A program made the position numbers and the translations under genes. DNA of 64,000 bases from Podarcis erhardii (Eukaryota). The notes beneath the pieces were generated by a model. It did not search any database and was not told the origin of the DNA. It was given only the letters and a program-made list of their open reading frames with translations. Within the stretch, counting starts at the first letter, position 1, and each line of letters begins with the position of its first letter. Of the stretch, positions 38,346 through 52,529 are shown piece by piece. Location: the NCBI GenBank assembly GCA_964252035.1, contig OZ176202.1; one strand, written 5' to 3'.

Positions 38346-41240
38346 AAGAAACACCTCGTATAAATAATCTCTGTGGGCAAGAATGCTACCCTTGTCAGCT
38401 GCCATTCTCACTCATTTCCCTTTCCACCTTTCAGTGAATTTTCTCCTTTGACACAACTGTGAGCATGAACCCCTTTGGCCCTCAAGTTTCTCTTGTCCGC
38501 TGTAAGCATCCCAGTGCCCATCAACACCTCTCCAGTTCCTGAACTCACCATCTATAATGTTTCACTTGTGGACTAATGCTACTTAATACTAATACAGTTC
38601 TGCCAGCATAGCAGCAGCCTCCTTCTCTGCCACCTGACCCAGACAATGTTTCTTTGACATCTGTCAGTCGTTATGCCTTCACACGCTGTATAATTGCTGA
38701 AGTCATCATTTAAAGGTTGATCTTCATAATGAACCCCAACCTTAAAATATCTTGTTTCCATAGGGATATTTCACACCCACTCTATTTTACTCAGCTCAAA
38801 TGTTTTCCATAATCTGTGCTTCCCTTGTGATTAAAATACATGATCTTCCAAGTGCAGAATCAAGCTAGAGGTACTGTGTGTGCATAATTTTTTCCCCTCC
38901 CCAAATTTTCACTGCCAACAGGAAGACAAATCAGGATCTTCAGAAGCAGCGTAATCACTCCATTTGTGGTACTTCTGATTATGTGGAACAAATGGATACA
39001 TGGCTTGGAAAGCTCCTGAATGAGTAGAGATGCTCTGGTTGCTACAAAACTGTTATTAGCATGACTGCAAAAATCCAGGGGCACCCAATAGCACCAGGAA
39101 GGATGTACCTGGCGACTGACACCCAGACTGCTCAAGAGGACAGACATAAGTTTTTGCTGAGTGCTCCAGGGTATTCAAAGGATCTAGCCTCTACTTCATC
39201 TTGCATTCTCTTGGATATGGAGATTTCATTCTCTACTAGTATTTCTGCCCCTACACTCTGTCTAACCCAATTATCTATCTATCTTTTTTACTTTGAGATA
39301 ATGAGAACAGTGGGGATTTCAAATGTAGTTTGGGTTTTTATTTATTTTTTTAAAAAAGAAAACCGACAGATACTCCCCAGTGCCTGCTTAAGACAAGTTC
39401 TTCAGATTTTCCTCTTCTCTTTATGCTTCTCTTTTTCCTATTCCTTCCACTCTTCACCCTTTCTTCATTTCACGCTTAAGTTTACCCCTCCCATTCCTTC
39501 AATTCAGATGTTGCATCCTTTCTAATCCCTGAATATTTCTTTCATGCAATTCTGCCTCCTTGGTCTCATTTTCTTCCACACTTCACATTTCTTTACTTTC
39601 TCCATACACACGCACACACACAACCTTATTTGGCTCAAAACCTTCTCTCCCCCCTCCCATTATTACCCTTGTCTCCTCAACTCTCCCACCCTCCCCATTT
39701 TTTTCCATCCCCCCCATTCATTTTTTTATTGCCAATCACCATTTTTATTGCGGCAACCCTCCAATAAGCAGGGCTTAAACTTGAATCAGGGATTCCCAGA
39801 CAACTGTGGAGTCATTAGGAACTCCCTGGAGGAAAAGAGTTTCTCCTGTGTTTTCTTATGCTAGGTTCCACCCCAGAAGAACAGAATCCCATTTGTCATT
39901 TGTATGCTCAGCTGTCTCTTTATGATTATTAGCCCTTAAAGTACATCAATGTGGTGCCATCTGAATGTTGTGGGCTACAACTCCCATCAGCATAGCTAAT
40001 GGTCAGGTATTATGGGGTGAGTCATTCAGAAGAACTAGAGGTCACCAGGTGATGTTCCTCTTGGATCCTGGCAGAAAGGTGGACTACAAATTTATTAAAT
40101 AAATATAGCAGGATTTCAAACACATCTTCCTATTCTTCAACACATAGGAAAGCATGTGTAATCCTCATATTATTTCAACCAGTTGCTTCTCCTGCGTTTC
40201 CATATGCTATAACCCATGCCACAAATATGTTTGTACATCCTATTCCCTCCAAAAAAACTGGTAACTCGTTTGTCTCAACCAGCACAGGAGACATCTTTCT
40301 TTAGAGAAAAAGTGATGGAAAGTAAGAAATGCAAACATTGGAAAAGAAGAGAAAAACATCAGTTGGAAGCAGCTCTTCCAAATATGGTAGAGTATTTTCA
40401 TGTCCTTCATGGGGCTTTCGGTAACAAAGGAGTTCACTATCCTAAAAACTGTAGCACATAGCTTTTCCACAAGAGCCAAAACAAGGATTAAGATCAGAAG
40501 GGCTATGGAGCATCTGCCCAAAGGCCATTTTACTCCATGCAGCTTCGTGTCATGGGTAATATGAATGTTGAATCCACTAGAAAACATTCTGCCAGACATT
40601 ATAGCTTTTAAAACAAAAAAAATAAAAACAAAAACAAAAAAAAATTCCATTAGCATTAGATTTGCCATGCATACGGATGCTGAACAGCTGGCAGCTATTT
40701 AGTAGGAATACAGGTGGCTTATTTGCAGTGTGTTTTACTTGGCACTGAATTTATATTGAGAAGCATACAGGTTTTTTTCCATTGGCAATGTGGGAGGGAA
40801 GACAAAAACAATGTATGCCAAGATAAGGAAGATATATACAAGACAGTAGATAACTACAGAAGCAGATCTGCCAAATGGAAGCAAATTGTGTGTCACCGAA
40901 AATCAAAGCCTATCTTCCAGTGGTGATTAAGGGAGAATCCTAACAACCATTATGCAAACAATTCCAGGTTTGTTTCCCCTACAACTCAGATTGCACCATT
41001 GTGTAAGGCCAACAAAGCAGCCCCGAAATTAATCTGAGGCATGTTTCACACAAGCATGGTCAGCACATGAAGACTGAGAAACAAGAGGTGCTCATATCAT
41101 CAGTGCTTTTTTTGGCAGACATTATTCACTGTGACTCATTAAGTGCTTATCAAGTAATGGCACATTGTGATGTAAATACATGTGTAAACTGGCTTTTAAG
41201 TATCAGTAGTTCATTAAGAATCCATCATTTTGTGAATATA

Positions 41241-41604
41241 AAAGGTAAAGGTACCCCTGCCTGTACGGGCCAGTCGTGTCCGACTCTAGGGTTGTGCGCC
41301 CATCTCACTTAAGAGGCCAGGGGCCAGCGCTGTCCGGAGACATGTCCAGGTCACGTGGCCAGTGTGACGAAGCTGCTCTGGCGAGCCGGCACCAGCGCAG
41401 CACACGGAAACGCCGTTTACCTTCCTGCTATAAAGCGGTACCTATTTATCTACTTGCACTTAGGGGTGCTTTCGAACTGCTAGGTGGGCAGGAGCTGGGA
41501 CCGAAAGACGGGAGCTCACCCCGCCGCGGGGATTTGAACTGCCGACCATGTGATCGGCAAGCCCTAGGCGCTGAGGTTTTACCCACAGCGCCACCCGCGT
41601 CCCT
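41241..41604 (-). mobile_element. Full-length Sauria SINE
   Basis: The minus strand begins gggacgcgggtggcgctgtggg (tRNA-like head with ggttcaaatcc B-box) and ends ...ggggtacctttacctttt; 13-bp TSD ttttgtgaatata 41228-41240 / 41605-41617. Confidence 0.95.
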
Positions 41605-43366
41605 TTTTGTGAATATACTAAGGAGTATTTTGCCATGAACATCACTTGGCACTTATCAGCACTGAAATTTAACTTTCTAACTTGATGACTGCTTCTACAG
41701 TTTGTTGTCTTCACAGCACCCAACATACCAATAGTTATCTACCTAAGTGCAGATGCAGATTTAGGGCAACGCAACTGGTTCCTCTGCACAGGGAACAGGG
41801 GCCAAGAGGCATCTTCCTGTCTTCCCAGTAAGCACTGGGCTTTGGGAAGGAGGTGTGGGGGCTCTAGGACCCTGCCAGAGCCTCACACCACCTTCCCGAA
41901 GCCTGGTGCCTCTCTTACCTGGCTTTGGGAAGGTGAGGGCTGTTGGGTGTGTGTGTCAATTTTTTGCCTCACTGAGGCTGCTATATTACCAAGGTGTGCC
42001 CCTGCTAAGCGAGAAGTGACCATCAGATATTCAATCAAGCAGCCTAAACATTTGGTCACCATGCCTCAATACCTGTAACTCAAAGTGATTAAAGGGGGAT
42101 TTGGTTAATCTCTTGTGCATAGCTGAAAGTTTCTCTTTTATCTGAACTACTTGCAGACTTCTGTACTACCCACAAACTTCTGAAACATTTAAGTTGCACA
42201 TGCAGCAGCAATGACACCTACACAGATAACATTTAACGCATGGGCTTTCTTGTGCATGAAAAGCTAATAGCAATGATCATAGGTGCTCTTTTTCACATAT
42301 AGCAGAACTTTCATATGAACAGAAGAACAACAGCCCAGGGAAAATTACAAGTTGCAACTGATGGAAGGGCATCTGAGATTCCCAGATCCACTTAGCCCTA
42401 ACAACATAATCAAAGCGTAAACAATCACCAGCTATATACTGTGTAAAGCTTAAAAACTCCGGATTACAAAAATAAGATTTATACCCTGTTTTTCATGTTA
42501 GTGAATAGAGGGAAAGATAATTACGAGACTAATCATATTGAACAGGACTCCTATTACTCAGAAGAGAGTAGTACAGTGTACAACTGATGCTCTACATGAT
42601 GCACAAAGGAAAAGCCTGGGAAGCTAACCTAGCACAGTTCTAACAAGTTATGTATTTTCATGATGCCATCTAGCACAACGTTGTTTATATGCACTCTCAT
42701 AAGGGGAAGTGGGAGCTCAACAATGGTTAGCCACTGAATTTTCACTCTGTATTAAAAGGATAAATTACTGTTGCTTCTTGGCAGAATGTCTTGGGGAAGG
42801 GGGGTGCTAATGGACTTGTCTTCTCCTACCTACTGATTTATTCATGCATGGGGCAGGTCACTAATGACAAAATGCTAGCATCTTATGGCAGAAAAAATGG
42901 CCTGGTGCAAGGGATACAAACTGGTGGCTATGCTTGAGCTCAAAGCAAAGCAGTGCCCTTCAACATCACTAAATGTTTTCACCACAGTCAGCACTAATTA
43001 GCACTTCTGTTAGCTAGGCTAAAGCAGGAACACCAATGACAATGTGCCCATATTTTGAACACACCAATTTATCTCATTTTATGAGGAACAAAACAGGAAG
43101 ATCAGATGAAATTCTCCCCTAGCAGGAGCAGTCACAACATTCTACTGTTGTGTCAGGTCTGAGCCACAAACCAATAGATCTGGAGTTCTAGATTGTTGCG
43201 AGAATCAGGGAGCTTGTAATTTCTCAGTTAGATGGACTAACTGATATTTTGAACTGGTTATTGTGGAAACATGTTTACAGTATTCATAAAAGCAAGGAAA
43301 TCCTTATTAAGGGTTAGGCTATGTGTTGTAGTTTTTAATACTCCCATGGAGGACACAGTACATAAT

Positions 43367-43417
<51 letters not shown>

Positions 43418-43495
43418 CTTTGTGCCCTGCTCATCTGGCTGGGTTTCCCCAGCCACTCTGGGCAGCTTCCAGCAGAACATTAAAATACATCTGCA
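43367..43495 (-). mobile_element. Short L2 3' end with (ATC)n tail
   Basis: (gat)n run at 43367-43415 abuts ctcatctggctgggtttccccagccactctgggcagcttcc. Confidence 0.8.
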
Positions 43496-43738
43496 AAAAA
43501 ACAAAAATTAGGAAGAACTCTCCACAAATACATATCTCCAAGTGTCTTTGGGATTCCAAAAGAAATGAGTTGGCATAAGTTAGTGTGATTTGGTTTGAAG
43601 TTGCCTTCCCCACCCCATCAATTCACAGCCCTTATCAACTTCCTACACCGTTTTATGCCCATCAAGATAATCTTCCTAAAAGGTGATGCCATAATGTAGC
43701 CAGTGATGTCATAGCATAGCCAATCAGATTTCACTATG

Positions 43739-44290
43739 TGTCAGGTCAGCAAGCAAGAAGCAGAGTTTGCCAGAGAAGTTAACTCTTTATTCAAAAAAAA
43801 CGGCATGCAATCAGCAACTCTGCCCAGTAAACCTTCCGCCTATAGAGGAGTTGCCAGGACTGATGGTCCCTGCCTTCAACTCTTTCTAAGGCTCATCTGC
43901 CGGATGTTTCCCAAGCAGCCTCAAACTGTGCCTGGGCACTTCTAATCTCTGTACGTCCCTACACATCATTCTGTGCATCCTTGGAGACGAGCAGGGAGGG
44001 GAATTGGTCACTGCAGGAAAGGGAATCTCCTTGGATCCTTCTGCAGCCTCTTGCCTCACCAGCTTCAGCCTCTTGAGTTCAAACTGCTTCCTGTTACAGG
44101 CTCTTCCTCCTCACTAAACCCTGGTGCCCCTTCAGCATCTAACAGCTCCTCCCACTCTTCTCCTTCTGATCTCTCATTGGTGTCCCTCCACCAATTCCTG
44201 GGCTTTCAACCTTCCCCCTCTGGGGGTTCCCTTGGGGGTTCCCTGGCTGGTGCCTCCCACCACTCCTCATCATCCAGTCAGTCCCTGACA
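43739..44290 (-). mobile_element. Solo LTR, family Y (552 bp, Gypsy-like)
   Basis: 7-bp terminal inverted repeat tgtcagg...cctgaca; 5-bp TSD ctatg (43734-43738) / ctgtg (44291-44295) with one mismatch; aataaa near the minus-strand 3' end. Confidence 0.78.
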
Positions 44291-44917
44291 CTGTGTGACA
44301 TCACTGTTACTGAAAAGAAGGAGCAGCTCATTCTGGAGTACTAACACTATTTAAATACCTATTTAAATCACAGTCACAGGAATAAGGTTATTTGAAGGAT
44401 AACGCAAATAAACAAAAACCACTCCACCCTAAAATCAAAACTCCAATAAGGGGCTGGGGTACACTCAACTCCAAAGAAAGAACTACAGGGTTCAATAAGA
44501 CTTACTCTGAGAAAACTATGTACAGGATTGAAGGATCTTTTTTTAAAAAAAAAATCTAGCAGCAAAATTGTTAGACTGGAGTATCTACTGCAATAATTAT
44601 AAAATCAAGTGTGGGGAAATTTTCTGTTTTAAAGTTGTTTTATTATATTAGATCGGGGGAGGATAATTAGTGAAGTTTTAGCAGCATGGAATAATTGCCC
44701 ATTTTTTTCAGAAAAATGCAATAGAACACTTGTTCATTATAGAATGAGAAATAAATGTGTTTCCATTTATGAGAAATAATGTATGTTTTTTATGTGTTAT
44801 GCACAACATGTTTATTAATATATTATTTCAAAACTATAAACTATGTTATCTACATAGATGTGGGCAAATGCATTTTTGGAAAAATTAGAAAACCGCAGGA
44901 ACTAATAAAATTAAATA

Positions 44918-45273
44918 CTGCATTGCCCCAAATATAAACCATACCCAAATATAAGCCACACCTTTAAAATTGCGGGGGGGGGGGGAGAAAAAAAGATAAA
45001 ATACCCAAATATAAGCAAGCCGTTCCATTTCTTGCTGCTCCTGGCTGCATACTGGGGGGGGGGGGGAGCCGCGCTGCATTGCCATTGGCCTTTCCCCTTC
45101 CTCGCTCTCTCCCTTCCCGGCCTTGGGGGAAAGGACGGGGAACTATGAATGAGGCGGGCCCACTTAACCGCACTCCTGGCTGCATACCCTAAGGTTGCGA
45201 ATGTAAGCCAAACTTTAACTTTTCATGGTTGGAATTTGGGGGAAAAGCGAGGCTTATATTCAGGCCAATACGG
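44918..45273. mobile_element. Tc1/mariner (pogo/Tigger-like) MITE, family C
   Basis: Right TIR cttatattcaggccaatacgg+TA is intact; left TA+ctgcattgccccaaatataa is degenerate; subterminal cccaaatataagc repeats. Confidence 0.75.
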
Positions 45274-45470
45274 TAACTGTGGTTTAACATTTTCTGATTC
45301 TCACATTCCAATACAAATAAACATGTACAGAGAGTGACACCTGGGCTAGTTTTAAATAATTTGTGTCAGCATTTGATTATCAAAACATGGATATAAATAT
45401 TTGAATACCGGATTCTTACAGTCAAAGATTACTGCTACTTGAATTTTTAATAGCTGATTACCATTTAGAC

Positions 45471-45944
45471 CAGGGGCCTGCAACCTTTAAGACAAAAAGA
45501 GCCACTTGGACTTGTTTCCGAAGAAAAAAAACCTGGGAGCCACAAAACTCATCATTATAAAAATAACTTTTTTGTCATTTTTTTATTATTTCTTTGTTTG
45601 ACCCCTCAGAATTACTCCTCCTCATAGAAATAAACGTTAAATTAACAAGTTACCTTTTTTTGTGTGTGTGTTCTTCACTCCCCTTCAAAACAGTGACCAG
45701 CGTACATGCCCCTTACAATGTAGCGGGCGGGCGGGCGGGCGGGCGGGAAGGTGACGTCGGGACGGTGCGTGACTAACGCACACACCGCCCCCATGCGGCG
45801 TCACAGCCAGTACAGCGCCCGCCACAGTGGGAAGTGTTGGGGCGCACAATGCACCTCCTCCCCTCGCTAGTATCCGCCCCGGAGCCGCAGCAAAGGTGTA
45901 AAAGAGCCACATGCGGCTCCGGAGCCACGGGTTGCAGACCCCTG
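45471..45944. mobile_element. Young non-autonomous hAT element (474 bp) with CpG-rich core
   Basis: Perfect 8-bp TSD atttagac (45463-45470 / 45945-45952); TIRs caggggcctgcaacc / ggttgcagacccctg; subterminal gagccac motifs. Confidence 0.93.
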
Positions 45945-46904
45945 ATTTAGACTTTCAAAGTCTGACTTTATTGAACTTTGACTCATCAGACCAGTGACTG
46001 AAAGAACCAAGAACAGAGAGTTAAGACAATAATAAACTTTGCATGTTGTCTCTGTAGACTCCCAATATAATTCCAGCCGCCCCCCAAAAATTCACCATTT
46101 GATCAATAAAAGTTTATGGGGAATTTCACTTTTCAAAAGGCTTGAATGTTGAGATGGAAGAGAGATATTGAAATACTACCTCATGCGAGAACCACTAAAG
46201 CAACATTCCCTTAAATAGATATTGTGCACTGAGCAACAACTTGGTGCTTGAACTAAGTACCTGGCACATTTAACTATTTTTCCTTGGTTGTGTTCCCTCT
46301 ATCACCAGTCCCCTGCCCCCTGCCAAGGTGCAACAAATCACCAAGGGCACCATTCTGCCTCTGTCCAACAGTTGTTTATTACTTGCTGAAATCACTGCTA
46401 CATTAAAGCTCAGACCCACCCATTCAGGCCAATGGATGTTGTGGCTCTTGAGTACATTTGCTTCGGAAACTATTGACAGAAATTCCCGTAACTGAGATTC
46501 CATCAACTCCAGTTATGACATTCGGCTGAAAAGTTCTTGTGCCTTATTGTGATAGTACCAGAGAGTACATACACATCACAATGTGTTAGAATAACAATGG
46601 AATCAAGATTCTCTGCTTAAAGACTGTTGTAATGTTGGCTTAGAGACTATGTAAGGATTAGTTTTTGCTTAGAATTTCTTTGCTCTAAGTGAAAAATAGA
46701 TGAAGAGGTGGTGGGAAAGGCTATGACCTAATTAGAACAGCTATCTGGGGAATTTACACCAAGCTCTCAGAATCTATTTTGCACTGAGTTATGTATAAAG
46801 GGCAAAGGACATTGACCTGCGGATGCAATTCCTGAGAGGAGGTTTCTAAGAAGAATGTTTAACATTAAGACACAATTTTGTGGAAGATTCTGAATTCAAA
46901 GTGT

Positions 46905-47175
46905 AAAGTAGGTATCCATCTGTCTCAAGAGACAATGGAGTGTGCCTCTGAGCATGTAGTGAAACTGTTGTTTTAGCAACACCAAAGTGACCTCCCTGGG
47001 GTGCAAGCCTGGGAAGTGCATATGGAGGTCCTGGGCTGCTCAGAGAAGGCCCTCTTGAAGTGGTCCAAAGGGATGCAGAACAATATATTTGGCACAAGCT
47101 TGGCTGTACAAGTTGCCGGAAGACGTCATAGAGAAGGCACCATCCAACCGTCTTAGGAACTCCACTTTGGATTTG
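46905..47175 (-). mobile_element. Possible RTE-type LINE 5'-region fragment
   Basis: Resembles from memory a common lacertid repeat (ggtatccatctgtctcaagagacaatggagtg...ggcaccatccaaccgtcttagg). No ORF or TSD support. Confidence 0.3.
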
Positions 47176-50019
47176 TAAGATACAGTGTCAAAGACACGAC
47201 TTTAAAATTAAAAACTTATGAAAGTAATGCACATATACAATGCCAGGCAAAGACTAACAATTTTTTGCTGAAATGCTATGGTGCTCAAGATTGTTTTGAG
47301 ACAAATAATACAGTGTCAGATTCAAAAGATGTGTGTCCTTTAGTTATAAAAGAGGTATTAGGTAGACAATTCCTCTGTCACTTCTCTTAATCCAAACCAG
47401 AGTGACTCCCTTAAAAAAGTAAATTATTACAGCTGTCCATCTGAAAAATATAGACACGCTTGCCAATATTAAATTTTTGATATTGCTCTCTAGTGTCTTA
47501 ACTAGTTTCTTTTAAATTATTTCCTTCACTGTTTATATCTCATTATCTGTAGCCATTTCTTTTGCTAACGGCTACTGTTATGAGATTAAAATATATATTT
47601 AATGTGAATATACCGGTAGTTATTAACCCATTTTTTCCAGCTTATGCTTTTTAAAAAACAAACAAAATAATATCCACCAGAAATAAGTGTATTTGACTTA
47701 AGTTCATTTTTACTGTATGGATTTTTTACCTGGTTTGTGATTCAGGTTATAGGTGGCTCATGGGTTAGAAGTAAAGACCAGTCTCAAACTCACAGGAGGG
47801 ATCCTAGGCTAAGGCTTAGTAAGGTGCTTGTTTTCCAATCTTATTATTAATGTCTAGATACTTTAGAAGTGTTAAAAAATTTAATTGAGCTCAATTACTA
47901 TAAGCAAACCTTTTAGCGTTTTCCATTAAGAATGAACTCACATGCATAGACAAAAATATAGGGAGAGAAACGATCAAGTCAAATACAGCTTCATTTTAGT
48001 TAATAATGGAGGCGCAACCTGAGCAAGTTACAGAACTAATGAACTGTTTTTGCCTTTGACTCATGATCTAAAAGAGCTGCATTTCATGTGCACCACAATA
48101 TTGCTGTACGCTACTGAAACAATAGATGCACATCACTGCCATTTCAGTCTACAGTGAAGTGGATAGCATATTGCATTTATTGACCATGTTCAAATACTTT
48201 TTGGAGACAATTAAAAAATAATAAACCCCTCCTTTATATTTAGCAGTGTAACTTTTGCTAAAGTAAAAAAGGTACCTTCACACAAATACAAGCATGACCT
48301 TACCCTCAAAAAGGGTTATGTTAGGCATGTTCAGTAAAAGACGGCATCAAATGATGACAATGAGATGCTGGGCAGATAAATGATATCTGCAACACATCAT
48401 GGCGGCAAAAGGGAAAGAAGATTTCCAGTTCTTGTATGGCTCCAGATGGTTGTACATTTTACAAAACACAGGTTCAAAAGGCAAAGAGCAGACTGTATCA
48501 GCAGCCAGGACTGCTCACGCCGCTGTTCCTTGGAACACAACTTCAGGTGAGACCACTTAACTTCCATGCTTGCTTTGGGTCTAATTTCCCAGCCGCTCCT
48601 ATAGAAAGAAGAACCACTACCTGTAGGCAGGCTGGTCAACAACTCCAGTTAGAGCATTTTGACTGTGCATTCTTGGTCCTGTTGTGTTTTCTGCTCTTTC
48701 TTGCCCCTCCCTATACTCACTAACCCCTCCTGTAGTTCACCAGGTCTGTTTCCCTGTTTTCTCTCCTTTGCTTCCTGTAATTTTCCTTTCCCATAACAGA
48801 CCTGGAGTGACCCTTTACTAGATTGATCAGATATTATTTCAGTTGTATAAAAGCTGCATGTTAGAAGATAGAGCACAGACAAGAACTAAAAACCACAGCA
48901 CTGTGGCACGGGTGAAAAACCTGTGGGTTGAGAAAATTGTCTCTTAAAAGTGACAAATCCTTACTTCTAGCAGAACAGCAAAAAATCAGATTTGATTCTC
49001 TGTGCAAAGTGAAGTTTCTTTGCCCCTATCCCTTTTAACTACAACATAACTCTTCCACTTAAAACTCCACCCTTCCTAGTTTCAAAGCTTCCTTTCCCTT
49101 TTGAAGGATTAACGCCTACTGAAAGGGTTCCTTAGAAAGTCTCGCTGCTAGCACCAGAATCTACTGTCCTGACTCTGCTCAACTGTCTTCTGTTCTGCAA
49201 CCTGCTGTACTCAATGCCAACTCAAAATAACAATTGGGAAACTACGTATTATGGAATCCTATCATAAAAGCATAGTCCCCAAGCATACTGCTGTCAGCAA
49301 TGTTGCTGTGCAGGGAAAAGGGGAAGGCTGCTAAGATCGCCTATGTATTTATAAAGAAGTGAATAACCACATTAAACCTTAAGACCATTAAATAATGTTT
49401 GCAAATACACATTTTGCATAACTCAGTGCCCCAAGGAACTTGGTTTGGAGTTTCTGGCTCCTTACTGAGTGTCAAAAGCACTTTAGAGACATCCACTTTT
49501 GAATATACTGTAAGCACCTGATTAAAATTCCTGAGCCTCTTAGGGCCTGTTACAGGTCTTCCTCCAAGCACTTATTTGTGCAGGCCATTCATGCACTGAG
49601 CAAGTTATTTACCCACATGAGGCTCACATATGTAGGACCACATTCATGGAGGGAGCTGTTGGCTTACTGTATGTGTAGTTCAGACATAATCTTTCTTCTC
49701 TTTTTGGTTCATGTATGCAGTGCTTTTTTCTATTAAAAATGTTTAGAAGTACTCTTATTTTCCTACTCATATTGAAATAATGCCCCTCAATGAGGCCAAA
49801 CTTAGATTCACAAAATGTTTAAGGGTATGCGTACCCCTACGTACCCCCAGAAAAAAAGCACTGGTATGTGGGTTGCACAAATAAATCCAAAACTGTGATC
49901 TGACCCCAAGTGATGATAAGTTCCCATAGAAACTAATGTGATTTTGGAATAAGGAAAGATGACATACAGAAAGAAAGGTAATTTCGGTACCAGGAATTTT
50001 GTGGTCATTGGATTTTTTA

Positions 50020-50340
50020 TTTTATTTTTAAATCTATATCCCACGATGATATTAAATATTCAAGGTGGTTCACAATAAGAATAAAACCATACAAAAAGTA
50101 CTGGTAAGTTAACAAAAGGAAACAAGAATGACAACAGTCAACGTAGTCTAAGAGGACAATGAAACTAAAAGGCAATAGAAGCATAAAACATGTTCAAAAT
50201 AAAAAAAATGCTCTGCAATAATACTAAAAATCAAACAGAGTTGGATGCCCCTTGGGGGATTGTTCCAAATCTTGGGTGCCACAACTGAAAAAGCCCTGGC
50301 TTAGGTACCTCCCACTGTATTGCTGATGACGGGCGGACCA
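50020..50340 (-). mobile_element. Degenerate L2-type 3' fragment
   Basis: ttccaaatcttgggtgccacaactgaaaaagccctgg parallels the ttccacagggcgggcgccactactgagaaggccctc block of the other L2 copies. Confidence 0.5.
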
Positions 50341-52529
50341 AAAACACAATGTTATTTTACAGTTCTTTGTGGTCATTCCTAGAAAGTAGTACTGGAGTTC
50401 TACAGTTCTTTGTGGTCATTCCTAGAAAGTAGTACTGGATTATTTCTGTGCCCACTAGTAAGATCTATCAAGTTCTCTGACTCAAGAGCCACCCAAAAAT
50501 AAACGAGTGATTTCTACATCCTCAGGGGATTTCCTAAGTACATTGAAGTATAGAGGTTTGTAAATTATAAGAAAGAACTTGGTCACATGGCAACCTAATG
50601 CTATGTTATCCGCATCTGGTTCTTCAGACCCCTGGACTTGGAAAATGCCTGCCCTAGACTATACTATTACTTGCCTCTAACCTTCCTGTGCCCTGACATT
50701 TGCATTATAAAAGCCCATTCAGGTTAAACATAAGAAACACCCAGTAATTTGGAGTGTGGTCACTAACAAAGTGAGCTGCATTTGTGTTCCCCGAATACTG
50801 TAAAGTCAGTGTTTGGCCAAATGTAGCTCAACTAAAGATGCTATTTACGGAGTACATGGTTGTTGCGACAAAGGGATGGAAACAAGTCTCAGATCCCTTT
50901 ACTCTCAGCTGAGTAAAGGAAACAGAATACGACCCTCTGTATATTGGGCGTTGTAGACTGCCCTCTCTGAATGCTTCCTAATTCTTGCACTAATATATAT
51001 GGGGGCACCACACAGAAATATCTCAAAGCTAACAAACTTTTTCTTTTGATGTTCTAAGAAAACATGGGTCAAAAATATGGAGCATTAATTATTTGATGAG
51101 CAGTTTTAACAGACATACTGAAGTACACAGCGTGGGCTTGCCAGCCTGCAAAGCGATGCAAATAAAACAAGGAATGCGCAAATTGAAAGGAGAAATGACT
51201 TAAATGGCTGCATTAAGTGCTTAACATTTCTCTTATCTTCTGTCAACTGTAAGTATCTATTCGTTATTATAAATATTCAAGATGTTTACTGTACAATGGC
51301 ATTTTTGTCGAGAAATGGATTCTGAAATAGGAAATGGGAAATGGTTCTCAATGGCCCAAAGTGGGCACTCAGCTCATCATTTCCCATATAGGCACCATTT
51401 CTTCATGCTCCTCCTGAAAGGGGAGTAGGAAATAAGAGGTAGAGAAACTAGAATAACAGTAAGCTTGTTAACTTCCCAATACTACCTTGAGATGTCTCCA
51501 CCACAATCCTGAAACTCAAGCAAAGCTCACATCCAGACTGACTAGTCATAGGCCACTGAATACAGAAACATACAGCTCAGAATCCCTCATAAAACATCTA
51601 TTTGTAATGCACTCTTCCTTGTGCATGCATCTTCCAACAAATATAGTAGCATAATTATTGGATGTGTGTGTACTTGGCTTAAAAAGGAAGGCTCAAGCTA
51701 ACAGATCATACTGGTTTAAATAGAAAGTCTAATTAGGCCCAGGTTAGAGGTTCCTCAAAACCAATACAGACCTATCCCCTTTTCTATAAGTTCAAGACAT
51801 TAGGGCTGTTTTAACAGCAGCAAGGATGTGGTTTGGTGCTACAAGAACTAGGAAGAGACTTGGGTAAAGTCACTGTACAAAAAACATCCTGCCTTGCTGA
51901 ATTAGTTGCAAGATTGTCAGGCACTGTTCTGATATCTGAAAAAGTGAAGTTTCTTATTACAAATCTACAGCAGCGAAGCTGACACCATACCTTTTGGCAA
52001 ACTGCAGAGTTTTATTAGCTGGAATGCCTAAAAATTATCCCTACTTGTCTGGGAAACTTGCCAGGGTGTTAAGTACTCGTCCACAAGGAAATGATACCTT
52101 TTTTCCCAGCCCTTCTACCTTTCACGAGTGTTCTCCTTGCTAGCAAATGTGGCTATACAAACTGGGACACAAGCAGAAACAGTTGATGATGAGAGATCTG
52201 TGACTCCAGATTACATGAAGTAATAGTTATACAATAACTGAAGTTTATCCTGAGGAATACTTTGAATTGTATCTCATTAGGAGAAATGGGCAAATCTGTC
52301 GATTTTGATTTCTGATTTTTCCAATCTTCAGTTCTCCACATTTCCACATCATGAAAATCTGTCAGCATTTTAGTCGAATTTCTCCTAATGGATATACGTG
52401 GTTCTGCCCAATATATACATTTTTGCAAAGCAATTTCCTCTATTAGAATGCATTTTTGTTTTTAATTTTTTTTATTTTCACTAAAATGCATTTTTATGCA
52501 TACCTTTCCATTGTAAATGCATTTGTATA

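Noticed and set aside
43973-44344. 123-aa Ser/Pro-rich ORF on the plus strand
   Set aside because: It is the antisense reading of a purine-rich solo LTR (43739-44290), with low complexity and no domain.
50358-50439. Direct repeats with a spacer, superficially CRISPR-like
   Set aside because: Only two copies with a 4-nt spacer in a vertebrate genome; a simple tandem duplication.
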